The position numbers and the translations under genes are program-made. The notes beneath the pieces were generated by a model. It was not told where the DNA came from. It did not search any database and saw only the letters and a list, made by a program, of their open reading frames with translations. From Candidatus Parcubacteria bacterium (GTDB lineage: Bacteria > Patescibacteriota > Minisyncoccia > Phycocordibacterales > UBA918): a DNA stretch of 64,000 nt. The stretch covers positions 1 to 64,000 of the forward strand of contig JBJOPW010000002.1 of the NCBI GenBank assembly GCA_046050355.1, written 5' to 3'. This document shows, piece after piece, positions 10,754 to 21,169 of this stretch. Positions within the stretch are counted from its first letter, which is position 1. Each line of letters opens with the position of its first letter.

Positions 10754-10862
10754 GTTGCGAATTCTGCACTAAAGTTGAGGGGTACTTTTATCTCACTTTT
10801 TTATCTTACTTGTTTACACCGTGGGGAGAACGAGTATAATGCTTGGTACGTTCCGCTTATCT

Positions 10863-12248
10863 ATGCAACCGACCTCACACCCACTCCCACAAAACAGTAT
10901 TGTTCGCACCGAGCAGATTGATGTGAAGCAATTGTGGGATGATGCATTGGTAAAAATTGAGCTTGCCATCACCCCTGCCAACTTCAAAACTTGGTTCCGC
11001 GATACTCACATCATTTCGCTTGAAGATGGTACTCTCACGATCGGTGTCCCTAGTGTATTTGTGCGTGATTGGCTCCAGGATAAATTTCAATCAATGATTT
11101 TGAAGACCCTCCGTGAACTTACTCCGTACGTACGAAGTATCGAGTACGCAGTGGTACAGCGTAGCGACCGACGAGGCGAAACCACGAAGACCCAGACCAT
11201 CAATGCCGCGTTGCCACTCGAAGATTATTACATCAACAAAAGTGACAACCTAAATCCCAAGTACTCTTTTGAGACATTTGTCGTTGGACCATACAACGCT
11301 CTTGCCCATGCTGCCGCCAAAACGGTAGCGGAAAAGCCTGGTATCGCCTACAACCCGCTCTTTATCTACGGTAAAACCGGCCATGGTAAAACCCACCTCA
11401 TTCAAGCGGTTGGTAATCAAGTAAAAAAGAGTGGTAAAAAGGTATTTTATGTGACCAGTGAGCGTTTTGCGGTCGATTATTTTAACGCCCTCCAAAGTGG
11501 CAGTGCTAATAATTTCAAAGATAAGTATCGACAATACGACGTACTCATTATGGACGATGTACAGTTCTTAGCCTCAAAAGAAAAAACCCAAGAAGAACTC
11601 TTTCATTTGTTTAATGCTCTCCACGACACCAACAAGCAAATAGTGTTCTCAAGTGACATGCACCCAGCCCTCTTATCTGGACTCGAAGATCGACTCAGAT
11701 CTCGATTTGCACAGGGGATGATTGTTGATATTCCGGCCCCAGACAGTGAATCACGTGCCGCTATTCTTCGCGCTAAAGCTGCCCAAAACAGTATCACCCT
11801 CAGTGATGATGTGGTGGAACACCTCGCCCTCACGATTGAAGGTAATATCCGCGAATTAGAGGGTGCGCTTAACACCATCATGTGTCAATCACAGTTGCTT
11901 GGCCGCACCCTCACCATCGATGAAGTAAAGGCCATTATCAAAAACAGCTCTCGCCCCCGTAAGACCTTAGCAGTAGGAGATGTAGTAGACAAAGTCGCTC
12001 GCTTCTTTGATATTGAACCAGCGAGTATCTACGAAAAGACTCGTCGAAAAGAAGTGGTCAAACCGAGACAGATTATCATGTATATCCTCCGGGAGGATTT
12101 TCAGGTATCGTACCCGGCCATTGGTAAAAAACTTGGTGGACGAGACCACACTACCGTCATCCACTCCTGTGAGAAGATCAAGAATGATATTAAAACTAAT
12201 GGGGAGTTGGAGGAGGAGATTACCCAAGTCCGTCTACTGCTTAAATAA
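10863..12248 (+). CDS. dnaA: Chromosomal replication initiator DnaA
   Basis: YNPLFIYGKTGHGKTHL, DDVQFL, NIRELEGA, GGRDHTTVIHS; start placed at ATG 10863. Confidence 0.98.
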   Translation: MQPTSHPLPQNSIVRTEQIDVKQLWDDALVKIELAITPANFKTWFRDTHIISLEDGTLTIGVPSVFVRDWLQDKFQSMILKTLRELTPYVRSIEYAVVQRSDRRGETTKTQTINAALPLEDYYINKSDNLNPKYSFETFVVGPYNALAHAAAKTVAEKPGIAYNPLFIYGKTGHGKTHLIQAVGNQVKKSGKKVFYVTSERFAVDYFNALQSGSANNFKDKYRQYDVLIMDDVQFLASKEKTQEELFHLFNALHDTNKQIVFSSDMHPALLSGLEDRLRSRFAQGMIVDIPAPDSESRAAILRAKAAQNSITLSDDVVEHLALTIEGNIRELEGALNTIMCQSQLLGRTLTIDEVKAIIKNSSRPRKTLAVGDVVDKVARFFDIEPASIYEKTRRKEVVKPRQIIMYILREDFQVSYPAIGKKLGGRDHTTVIHSCEKIKNDIKTNGELEEEITQVRLLLK

Positions 12249-12579
12249 ATAGAAAAGGGCCCAATTCTGGGCCCTTTTCTATGGAGTAATGGTGGTTGGG
12301 GAAAAGTTGTTGATGGGGTGTATAAGAAGCTGTTTGTTTGGAGGTGTCTTTAGGTGGTATGATGCGTTGTAGTTGGGGACTGGCTGGGGTTATAAAAATG
12401 AGTTATACCCACTCACTACAAATGCCCGATCTCATCCCCACTCCATACCCACCTATAAAAGCCTGCTGTGCCCATTATCCTTCAACTACTGTGGATTAAA
12501 AACGACCAAAATACAACATATTTTTTAGATATGCACACTTCCACACCCCTAATAAGAGGCAGTAAAATAGTTTTATAAA
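12249..12579. other. Putative oriC (dnaA-dnaN intergenic region)
   Basis: Several DnaA-box-like 9-mers (e.g. TTATACCCA 12403, TGTGGATTA 12490); G-rich to C-rich switch; canonical location. Confidence 0.7.
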
Positions 12580-13674
12580 ATGAAGATACAAATAAACCAA
12601 GAAGACCTTATACACAGTCTTGAACTCATAACCCGGGTGAGTACAAAGCATGTCACCCTACCGGTATTGCAGTGTGTCTTAATAAAAACTAACGGTGCTG
12701 AGGTAACTTTTTCAGCGACGAATCTCGAGATTAGTATTGAAGTAACTAAAAAAGCTGAAGTGGTTATTGAAGGAACAGTGGCGGTACCAGCCACTACCTT
12801 ATTTCAAGCAGTACAATACATCACCAAAAAAACAGTTACTATGACGGTTACTGATGGAGTGTTGGTGGTAGAGAGTGGTTCAGGTATAACCAAAATTAAT
12901 GTTATGCCGTTTGAGGAATTTCCTCATGTGACAAAATTACCAGAAGCCGGAATTACTATTAAACGACAGTTTTTGGCACTGGGTATTAAGACAGTTGGAT
13001 TTGCTGCTTCGGTCTCTTCAATCAAGCCAGAGCTAGGGAGTATTTATATACAACAAAAGAAGGAGCACTCACTCACATTTGTGGCGACCGACTCATTTCG
13101 CCTGATGGAGAAGACAGTACCACAACAGGGGTTTGTTCTTCCTCAGACTATCTTGATTCCAGCCAAAAACGCCCTTGAGTTGGCGCGTATCTGCGATACC
13201 TTAGAAACTGATCCAACTCTCTCAATCACCGATAATCAGTGTGCTCTCGCCTTCCCAGAAGGGGTGTATGTAGTGTCACGCCTAGTAGCCGGTACTTTCC
13301 CTGACTATGAACAAATTATTCCTAAAGAGTACACCACCCATACCACCGTATTAAAACAAGATTTGGTACAGCTCTTCAAAAAATCACAAGTATTTTTGAA
13401 TAAGTTTATGCAGGTGTCGGTTTCGGTTGAAGGAGATCAGTTAATTGTGGCGTCTCAAAATGGTGAGGTAGGAGCGACTACTGATAGCGTAAAAGTAGCG
13501 ACTGAAGGTTCGGATATTAAACTCAACTTCAACCAACAATACCTCCTTGACCCACTGTCACACATTTCTGAAGATAGTGTCATTATGCACTTTGCCGGTA
13601 TTGGACGACCACTTGTGATTCAGGGTCACACCGATGCCTCATTACGGTACCTGGTGATGCCGATGAACAAGTGA
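12580..13674 (+). CDS. dnaN: DNA polymerase III beta clamp
   Basis: ATNLEISI, VATDSFRL, GTFPDYEQIIP, YLVMPM motifs. Confidence 0.98.
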   Translation: MKIQINQEDLIHSLELITRVSTKHVTLPVLQCVLIKTNGAEVTFSATNLEISIEVTKKAEVVIEGTVAVPATTLFQAVQYITKKTVTMTVTDGVLVVESGSGITKINVMPFEEFPHVTKLPEAGITIKRQFLALGIKTVGFAASVSSIKPELGSIYIQQKKEHSLTFVATDSFRLMEKTVPQQGFVLPQTILIPAKNALELARICDTLETDPTLSITDNQCALAFPEGVYVVSRLVAGTFPDYEQIIPKEYTTHTTVLKQDLVQLFKKSQVFLNKFMQVSVSVEGDQLIVASQNGEVGATTDSVKVATEGSDIKLNFNQQYLLDPLSHISEDSVIMHFAGIGRPLVIQGHTDASLRYLVMPMNK

Positions 13675-13920
13675 AATGAGCCAACGAGCCCGTAGGGCGA
13701 CTATGGCGAATTTTATGAATTTTCAAGGAGTGATAACGACTATGAAAATCGGTATTTCGTAGATCGTGAGTTGAGGCTATTCCTAATGCCTCAATCCACG
13801 TCCCTCAGCAACCATTTGCTCACATGAAGTCAACAATTTACAGTATTTTGATCACACTTCTTAGATTAACAAAATAACCACCCTAGGGTGGTTATTTTGT
13901 TAATTTCTTTAAGAAAACAA

Positions 13921-15153
13921 CTAAGCTTTCCCAATAAAAATTCGGTTTTTCTTGCCACGGCGCAATACTGCTATATCAGTCAGTTGGTCGTTAATGACAA
14001 GATTCTCATCATGTAAAACAGTTTCGTTGAGTGCTATAGCTCCTTCATTGATAAATTGCCGGGCCTCGCGCTTACTACTCGCTAACTCAGTTTCGACAAG
14101 GAGATCAACAAGTGGGCTGTTGGAGATAGTCTTAATTGGTGCCTCAGCGCGCAGGAGAGCCTTTTCATCATCGCTAAGTGAAGATAGTTCAGTAGTACCA
14201 AATAGAACAGCGGTAGCCAGGACAGCGCCCTTTTGAGCCGCTACCCCATGAACAAAGCGTACTACTTCGTCAGCCAGACGGCGCTGGGCCATTCTCGCTG
14301 ATTTGTTGACCTCATGCTCCGCTTCAATACGGGTAATCTCTTCAAGGGAAATAAAGGTGAAGAGCTTGAGGTAGTCAATCACACTCTCATCGCTTGTGTT
14401 GAGCCAAAATTGGTACAGTTCGTACGGAGTAGTCTTGTGACGACTAAGCCAAACGGCATTACCCATACTTTTACCAAATTTCTTACCAGTGGCCTTATCA
14501 ACCACCAGTGGCATAGTAAGGGCAAACACTTCATTGGTGGTGACGCGGCGAATAAGTTCTACTCCCGCGATGAGATTACCCCATTGGTCTGAACCACCAA
14601 TCTGTACATCCGCACCGTTGTGTTGGTGGAGGTGCAGGTAGTCATAAGCCTGGAGAAGTGAGTAGGAGAACTCGGTGTAGGAAATACCATTTTCACTCTC
14701 CATCCGAGTGGCCACTGAATCTTTTTTGATCATGGCGTTCACCGTGAAGTGTTTGCCGACATCGCGCATAAAATCAAGGGCAGTGAGCTTGGCGAGCCAG
14801 TCGTGGTTGTTCACAAACACCATATCGCCGGTACTCAACGCTCGCACCCCAGTTTCCATAACAGTGGCTTGCTCTTTGATTTTTTCAGCAGTCGCCAGTT
14901 CTCGTTCAGTGTCTCGTCCAGACGGGTCACCAATCATGGCCGTACCACCCCCAAGGAGTAAGATCACCTTATGGCCAGCTTGCATGATGTGATTAAGCAT
15001 CATGAAGGGTACCAGATTCCCTACATGGATAGCATCAGCGGTCGGATCAATACCGAGATAGACAGTCCGCTTTTCACCATCAAGGATAACCTCAACGTCA
15101 GCTGAGTGTTGATAAATAAAACCGCGGGCGATTAGCTCTTCACTGAGTTTCAT
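13921..15153 (-). CDS. tyrS: Tyrosine--tRNA ligase
   Basis: HVGN (HIGH-like), QIGGSDQWGN, KFGKS, C-terminal S4 domain. Confidence 0.98.
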   Translation of the reverse strand: MKLSEELIARGFIYQHSADVEVILDGEKRTVYLGIDPTADAIHVGNLVPFMMLNHIMQAGHKVILLLGGGTAMIGDPSGRDTERELATAEKIKEQATVMETGVRALSTGDMVFVNNHDWLAKLTALDFMRDVGKHFTVNAMIKKDSVATRMESENGISYTEFSYSLLQAYDYLHLHQHNGADVQIGGSDQWGNLIAGVELIRRVTTNEVFALTMPLVVDKATGKKFGKSMGNAVWLSRHKTTPYELYQFWLNTSDESVIDYLKLFTFISLEEITRIEAEHEVNKSARMAQRRLADEVVRFVHGVAAQKGAVLATAVLFGTTELSSLSDDEKALLRAEAPIKTISNSPLVDLLVETELASSKREARQFINEGAIALNETVLHDENLVINDQLTDIAVLRRGKKNRIFIGKA

Positions 15154-15234
15154 ACTTCAATACTCTAGCACAGCGCCAACGGTCCGTAACTAGACATTTT
15201 GTGGTAGTATAAGCATTATTAAACGTTGCAAGTT

Positions 15235-17493
15235 ATGCGTATATTTCGTCGCGAGTGGTGGAAAAAACATTATAAAGACGTTCTTATTGACGGGGCAATT
15301 GTCATATTTGTCGGGGGGATACTGATTGCGAGCGCCTTGTTGATATGGATTTCGACCTTAGAAATACCCGACCTTTCTTCGTTTGAAGACCGCCGAATTC
15401 TCCAATCGACCAAAATCTACGACCGTACCGGAGAAATCCTCCTTTATGACCTCCACCAAGACGTGAAACGAACCATTGTACCGTTTGAACAGATTTCCAG
15501 GCATCTAAAAAACGCTACTGTCGCGATCGAGGACGAACGCTTCTATAGCCACTTCGGTATTGATCTCAAAGCGATCGTGCGAGCCGCGGTCGTCAACACC
15601 ACCCAAGGGGACCTCCTCGGTGGGCAGGGCGGTTCGACCTTGACCCAGCAGGTTATCAAAAACTCAGTCCTTGAGCGCGATAAAAAACTTTCCCGTAAAG
15701 TCAAAGAAGCAATTCTTTCGATAAAACTCGAACGCACGTTAAGTAAAGATGAAATCTTGGCGGTGTACCTGAACGAGGTGCCGTACGGGGGAACTATTTA
15801 TGGTGTGGAAGAGGCTGCTCAGTCTTTCTTTGGTAAAAAGGCGGCTGACCTCACCTTGGCTGAGTCAGCTTATGTTGCCTCGTTGCCACAGGCACCCACC
15901 TACCTATCACCATACGGCAGTAACCGCGCTGACCTTGATGCTCGCAAGAATACTGTCCTCGATAAGATGCTTCAAAACGGTATGATTACACAAGAAGAAT
16001 ACGATGAAGCAAAAAACACTACAGTGGAATTTTTACCCCAGGCAGTGACTGGTATCCGTGCGCCACACTTCGTCATGTTTATTCGAGAGCAGTTGGTGGA
16101 GAAGTACGGCGAAGAAGCACTGGCGGAACGTGGTTTTCGAGTCATCACCACCCTTGATTACGATCTCCAACAAGAGGCAGAACGGATAGTAGCCGAGAAG
16201 GGGGCAGCCAATGTCGAGCGTTTTAAGGCGGATAATGCCGGACTGGTGGCGACTGATCCAAAGACGGGTGACGTGCTGGTGATGGTTGGTTCTCGTGATT
16301 ACTTCAGTAAAGATATCGATGGTAACTTCAACATTGCACTGGCTGAACGTCAGCCTGGTTCGTCGATTAAGCCCTTTGTGTATGCCTCAGCCTTCACAAA
16401 AGGATATCTTCCAAATACGATTTTGTTTGACGTCAAAACACAATTTTCGCCACAATGTCCACCTGATAGCACGAGTTCTGAGTCGCCTTGTTATTCACCC
16501 AATAACTACAACGGTAAGTTCTTAGGTCCGGTGAGTATGCGTAATGCGTTGGCACAGTCATTGAACATACCGGCGGTAAAAACTCTCTATCTGGCTGGTG
16601 TTAAAGACACACTTAAACTAGCGGCGGATATGGGACTGACAACCCTTAATGATCCAGATCGATACGGGCTCACCTTGGTACTTGGTGGTGGTGAAGTAAA
16701 ACTCCTTGATATGACCCATGCCTATGGGGTATTTGCGAACGAAGGAGTGCGAGCGACGCCACGGAGTATTCTTAAAATCGAAGACACTCGTGGCAATATG
16801 GTGTTTGAAAGTAAAGTGGAAACCAAACAGGTGCTTGATCGCAATGTTGCCCTCCTTATCAGTGATGTGCTCACTGACAATGTCGCTCGTACCCCACTTT
16901 GGGGTGCTAACTCACTCGTGAACTTCAAAGAGCGAGACGTGGCCTCAAAGACTGGTAGTACCAACAATCTCCGTGACGCTTGGCTCATGGGCTATAGCCC
17001 AAATCTAGCGGTTGGTACCTGGGTCGGAAACAACGACAATAGCCCGATGGGTGGTGGACTGTCTGGTCTCATTGTGACCCCGATGTGGCGTGAGTTTATG
17101 GACTATGCGCTTGCAAAACTTCCTGATGAAAAGTTCCCGCAGCCGCAGGTAGACCTCGCTGGAGTGAAGCCAATCATTCGCGGTGATTACATTGATAGTG
17201 GTATGTTGGCTTCGGAATTGGCTGGAAGTTCTACTGATTCAGTGAGTGTCTCAAATATTCTTGGTGGCATGCACACCATCCTTCATTTTGTTGACCGCAG
17301 TAATCCACGAGGGCCGTACCCAACTAACCCCGCGGCTGATCAACAGTACTACAATTGGGAATGGGGAGTGCAGGCCTGGAAGAATGCTACCTATGGATCA
17401 CTCGTAACTTCTACTACGACGATTGAAACAACTACGGAGGAAGAGGAGACACCGGCTGAAGATAGTAATCCGCCCCGCCGCCGTAGGAATTAA
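15235..17493 (+). CDS. Class A penicillin-binding protein (PBP1A family)
   Basis: Transglycosylase EDERFYSH and GGSTLTQQ; transpeptidase SSIK, SLN, KTG. Confidence 0.95.
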   Translation: MRIFRREWWKKHYKDVLIDGAIVIFVGGILIASALLIWISTLEIPDLSSFEDRRILQSTKIYDRTGEILLYDLHQDVKRTIVPFEQISRHLKNATVAIEDERFYSHFGIDLKAIVRAAVVNTTQGDLLGGQGGSTLTQQVIKNSVLERDKKLSRKVKEAILSIKLERTLSKDEILAVYLNEVPYGGTIYGVEEAAQSFFGKKAADLTLAESAYVASLPQAPTYLSPYGSNRADLDARKNTVLDKMLQNGMITQEEYDEAKNTTVEFLPQAVTGIRAPHFVMFIREQLVEKYGEEALAERGFRVITTLDYDLQQEAERIVAEKGAANVERFKADNAGLVATDPKTGDVLVMVGSRDYFSKDIDGNFNIALAERQPGSSIKPFVYASAFTKGYLPNTILFDVKTQFSPQCPPDSTSSESPCYSPNNYNGKFLGPVSMRNALAQSLNIPAVKTLYLAGVKDTLKLAADMGLTTLNDPDRYGLTLVLGGGEVKLLDMTHAYGVFANEGVRATPRSILKIEDTRGNMVFESKVETKQVLDRNVALLISDVLTDNVARTPLWGANSLVNFKERDVASKTGSTNNLRDAWLMGYSPNLAVGTWVGNNDNSPMGGGLSGLIVTPMWREFMDYALAKLPDEKFPQPQVDLAGVKPIIRGDYIDSGMLASELAGSSTDSVSVSNILGGMHTILHFVDRSNPRGPYPTNPAADQQYYNWEWGVQAWKNATYGSLVTSTTTIETTTEEEETPAEDSNPPRRRRN

Positions 17494-17547
17494 CACTGAC
17501 CCCCTATTAAAATCAAAACCTTTCTGTTAACAGAAAGGTTTTGATTT

Positions 17548-17838
17548 TTAAAGCATGATTTTTGGGACACTTTTTTCACCCAGTCTACCCTTGAGGTGTG
17601 CCAGTATTTCTGGTTCCTGCCGCTTTAGTTCTTGACGAATCATCGCTGAAGCATTTATTTTGAGGGTTCTCGTGGCTGGAGTATAGGTACAGGTGTGGGG
17701 GAGGAGGGTGATGCCGGTGACGTCGCGAATTACTTCAAGAGCAGCGTCGGTCACCGATTTTTGGGGCGCCACTAAACGCTCCTTATAGATTTGAAAGAGG
17801 CTGCCGAGACTTTTAATGTCGCCTGATCGTTTGGCCAT
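17548..17838 (-). CDS. Small basic protein, possibly DciA/DUF721-like
   Basis: Size and TLKINASAMIRQEL...EILAHL pattern; weak. Confidence 0.4.
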   Translation of the reverse strand: MAKRSGDIKSLGSLFQIYKERLVAPQKSVTDAALEVIRDVTGITLLPHTCTYTPATRTLKINASAMIRQELKRQEPEILAHLKGRLGEKSVPKIML

Positions 17839-17912
17839 AGATGGCATCAATATACCACTAAAACAAAAGAGCCTCTAGGTAGAGGCTCTTTTGTTTTAGT
17901 GAGTTAAACGAA

Positions 17913-18188
17913 CTAGAGTTCGTCTACGTCATCAAATCTATCAAAATCGACATCCTCGGCGTCTTCTTCAAGTGACTCTTCCTCATCTTCTTTTTCTTCT
18001 TCTTCATCATCCTTCTCTTCCTCTTCTGGCAAAATACCAAAACCTTCCATTAAATCATCGTCAGCTACAACTTCGTCACCGCTTACTTCATCAAGTAAGT
18101 CATCATCAAGGGTAGCTTCATCATCTCCGAGATCTAATTCCTCATCTTCAACCTCGTCAGTATTGTCGGTGCCAAAATCTTGCGTCAT
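17913..18188 (-). CDS. Highly acidic small protein
   Basis: 91 aa, about half D/E; followed by a hairpin terminator. Confidence 0.6.
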   Translation of the reverse strand: MTQDFGTDNTDEVEDEELDLGDDEATLDDDLLDEVSGDEVVADDDLMEGFGILPEEEEKDDEEEEKEDEEESLEEDAEDVDFDRFDDVDEL

Positions 18189-18262
18189 AAAAACTAAATA
18201 ATTATGTGAATGGTTATAACAAAACTAAAAAAGTTTGCAAGCCCCACTCAATCCGGGTGATT

Positions 18263-18742
18263 CTACCGATTTCGTCCGTACTGTGCAAGGGTAGTGATAC
18301 CCACCGCAATGGCGTCATATTCGTCGTCCTTCGCTTTTTTGGGGATATTCGGTACCAGTCGCTGAATCATGGCATACACCGCTGCCTTATCACTATTCCC
18401 GTACCCTGTCACTGCCACCTTTACCTCCTGCGGACCATGCTCATAGATAGTAAGACCATGTAGCTCGGCAATATACAGTACCACTCCACGGGCTTGTGCT
18501 ACTCCAATGCCGGTAGTAATGTTTTTGTTAAAGAACAGTGTTTCGATGCCAAGGGTAGTTGGTTTATGGGTGGCAATAATAGCTTCAATTTCCTGACCAA
18601 TGGTTGTGAGACGGTGAGGGGGCGTGGCGGTTTTATCAGTCATGATACAAGTCGAGTAGCGTAATACCTCTTTTCCTGCCACATACTCAAGAATCGCCAC
18701 CCCGCAACGGTCAAAACCTGGATCAATAGCAAGGACGCGCAT
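18263..18742 (-). CDS. ruvC: Holliday junction resolvase RuvC
   Basis: LAIDPG, ETLFF, QARGV, DDEYDAIAV. Confidence 0.96.
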   Translation of the reverse strand: MRVLAIDPGFDRCGVAILEYVAGKEVLRYSTCIMTDKTATPPHRLTTIGQEIEAIIATHKPTTLGIETLFFNKNITTGIGVAQARGVVLYIAELHGLTIYEHGPQEVKVAVTGYGNSDKAAVYAMIQRLVPNIPKKAKDDEYDAIAVGITTLAQYGRNR

Positions 18743-18801
18743 ATGTAAAAGCATACCATAAGCGGGTGATGGCCATTGGCCATCACCCGCTTATATTTTA
18801 A

Positions 18802-19341
18802 CTATTCGGGACTATCGGCGGTGGTGTAGATTTCTTGCACGTCATCTTGCTCCTCAAGGGCTTCGATAAGGTTTGCCAGGGCTTCGCCATCATTGTCGTT
18901 GATTTCGGTTGGGTTCATGGGGATATACCCGTCGGATGTCTTCGTGAAAGCCCACATCGCAGTGCCGGGCGCACCAAGACTGTAACCGGCTTTGGTGAAG
19001 ATGTGACGGATTTCGGGTGAGGTGCGATTGTTGTTATCAGTCACGGCGGTAATAATCATCCCAACTCCGCCTGGACCAAAGGCTTCAAAGACTACTTCTT
19101 CAAGAGCAGCTCCGCCGGCGCCCGCCCCTTTGGCAACCGCGCGGTCGATGTTCTCCTTTGGCATCGAATCTTTCTTCGCACGGTCAATAGCGGCAATGAG
19201 GCTTGGTGAAGAGAGGTTTCCACCCGCACGCCTTGATTCCATCGTGATCATGAGCGCGTGTTTACTAAACAGTTTACTCTTTTGCGCGTCGGTCGCTGCC
19301 TTCTTATGCTTTATTTTTGACCATTTGTTGTGTCCACTCAT
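18802..19341 (-). CDS. YebC/PmpR-family protein (short form)
   Basis: MSGHNKWSKIKHKK, TDNNNRT, DDVQEIY. Confidence 0.95.
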   Translation of the reverse strand: MSGHNKWSKIKHKKAATDAQKSKLFSKHALMITMESRRAGGNLSSPSLIAAIDRAKKDSMPKENIDRAVAKGAGAGGAALEEVVFEAFGPGGVGMIITAVTDNNNRTSPEIRHIFTKAGYSLGAPGTAMWAFTKTSDGYIPMNPTEINDNDGEALANLIEALEEQDDVQEIYTTADSPE

Positions 19342-19343
19342 GT

Positions 19344-19661
19344 TTAGTTCAAGTTAAATCGGTTCAACTGTTTTTCAATTTTCCTTTCAACCTCATTCCA
19401 GATATTTTTCTGACGCTTTTGCGCGAGGAGTAGTGTGCAAATTATTACATCAGCGAGTTCTGCGTCTAAATCAATCTCTTTTTCCTTCTTTCGTTGGTTA
19501 CTGTCAAATTCACATAATACTGCTTCACATAGTTCACCAACCTCTTCATTCAATTTAACTACTCGCGAAAATAAGCGTTCCTTTTCAGTCAGGGCTTCAC
19601 CATGATCACGAAAATAGTTATCAAATTTCTCGAGGTCAGCTGTTAATTTTTCTATATTCAT
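19344..19661 (-). CDS. MazG-like nucleotide pyrophosphohydrolase
   Basis: KLNEEVGEL...ELAD motif; AT-rich relative to neighbours. Confidence 0.85.
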   Translation of the reverse strand: MNIEKLTADLEKFDNYFRDHGEALTEKERLFSRVVKLNEEVGELCEAVLCEFDSNQRKKEKEIDLDAELADVIICTLLLAQKRQKNIWNEVERKIEKQLNRFNLN

Positions 19662-20650
19662 ATACGCTCCAGGTGTTTATATGCTTCACTAGTGGCGACA
19701 CGTCCCCGTGGCGTGCGTTCGATGAGGCCTTGGCGGATGAGGTACGGTTCTATCACATCCTCAATCGTTGATTCTTCTTCACCCGTGGCGGCCGCAATGG
19801 TGTTTAGTCCCACGGGACCACCACCAAATTTATGAATAATCGCTTCAAGCACGGCACGGTCAGGGCGTGTCAGACCAATAGCATCAATATCAAGGAGGCC
19901 AAACGTCCGACTAATAATATCAGCATTAAGTGTACCGCCTTCAATCTGAGCCAAATCTCGGCAGCGCTTGAGGAGATAGTTCGCGGTACGCGGGGTGGCG
20001 CGACAGCGCTTGGCAATACCAGAGAGAAGTCCTTGATCAGAGTTAATCTGTAAGAGATCGGCTGACCGAGCCAAGATGCTGGTGATTTCTTCATCGCTAT
20101 AAAACTCGAGGCGGAAGGTACCACCAGAGAAACGCGAGCGTAGCGGTGCCGAGAGGAGTGAGATACGAGTCGTAGCGGCGACGAGGGTGAATGGAGGTAA
20201 TTCGAGTTGGACGGTACGGGCCGACGGACCTTTACCGATGATGATATCAAGCACCCCTGATTCCATGGCGGGGTAGAGGACTTCCTCAATACTTTTACTG
20301 AGGCGGTGGATTTCATCGATAAAGAGGACGTCTCCTGGTGAGAGGTTGGTGAGGATGGCAGCGAGGTCAGCCACCCGCTCAATGGCTGGACCGGAGGTGG
20401 TACGCATGTTGGTGCCAAGCGTACGCGCAATGAGGTGGGCGAGCGTGGTTTTCCCAAGGCCAGGGGGTCCATAGAGGAGAATGTGTTCGGCAGCGTGTCC
20501 ACGTTCACGGGCAGCCGTGAGCAAAATCCGGAGGTTTTCTTTGGTTTTGGCTTGGCCGATGTACTCTTCCCAGGTCTGAGGGCGGAGTGTTTGGTCGAGA
20601 TTCCCGGCGTCGTCGCGGGTAATGGATGGGCGAGGGGTCGAGCTAGCCAT
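19658..20650 (-). CDS. ruvB: Holliday junction helicase RuvB
   Basis: [29 protein letters not shown]. Confidence 0.98.
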   Translation of the reverse strand: MASSTPRPSITRDDAGNLDQTLRPQTWEEYIGQAKTKENLRILLTAARERGHAAEHILLYGPPGLGKTTLAHLIARTLGTNMRTTSGPAIERVADLAAILTNLSPGDVLFIDEIHRLSKSIEEVLYPAMESGVLDIIIGKGPSARTVQLELPPFTLVAATTRISLLSAPLRSRFSGGTFRLEFYSDEEITSILARSADLLQINSDQGLLSGIAKRCRATPRTANYLLKRCRDLAQIEGGTLNADIISRTFGLLDIDAIGLTRPDRAVLEAIIHKFGGGPVGLNTIAAATGEEESTIEDVIEPYLIRQGLIERTPRGRVATSEAYKHLERI

Positions 20651-21169
20651 AGTGTTTCTAGTATAGCAGAAAGCATGCATTGCCGCCCGAAGCTTGACAA
20701 AGAGTATACAGTATGCTAGTATACGCAAGTTAAGTTCTCCAGTTCATGTAGTGTATATCTATCTGGTATTACCTATTTGGCCGCTCTCCACAAAAAAATA
20801 AGCAAAAAACGCCCACCATGGCGCCTTTTATTGTGTTCAAGATGATAACTCTCTAAGCAACATGAGTACGTTGCGAGGATTATTGGGGTCCCACTCTTGA
20901 AGTGGAACACTCTGTATCCCCTTAGCGCGGTATTCACTTTCTATGCGGAAGCTTGCTTAGAGAGTTATACTCTCGAATACATGGATGTATCGCTGTCAGG
21001 GAACAAGACTTATTTGTTTCGACTATAACGTAGTCAGCTCCATTTGCCTATATTGACCGTAGACTCTTTTCTAGTTTGAGTAAAGTCAAGACAGACGCGT
21101 CACCATTTTTATGGTGACGCGTCTGTTTTAAATATTCACATTGCCGCACTTTTCCTGTTCAGCATCTCA

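Noticed and set aside
19870-20700. 276-aa alternative-frame ORF over ruvB (likewise 62248-63015 and 59898-60581)
   Set aside because: These overlap better-supported genes and show low-complexity or motif-free translations.
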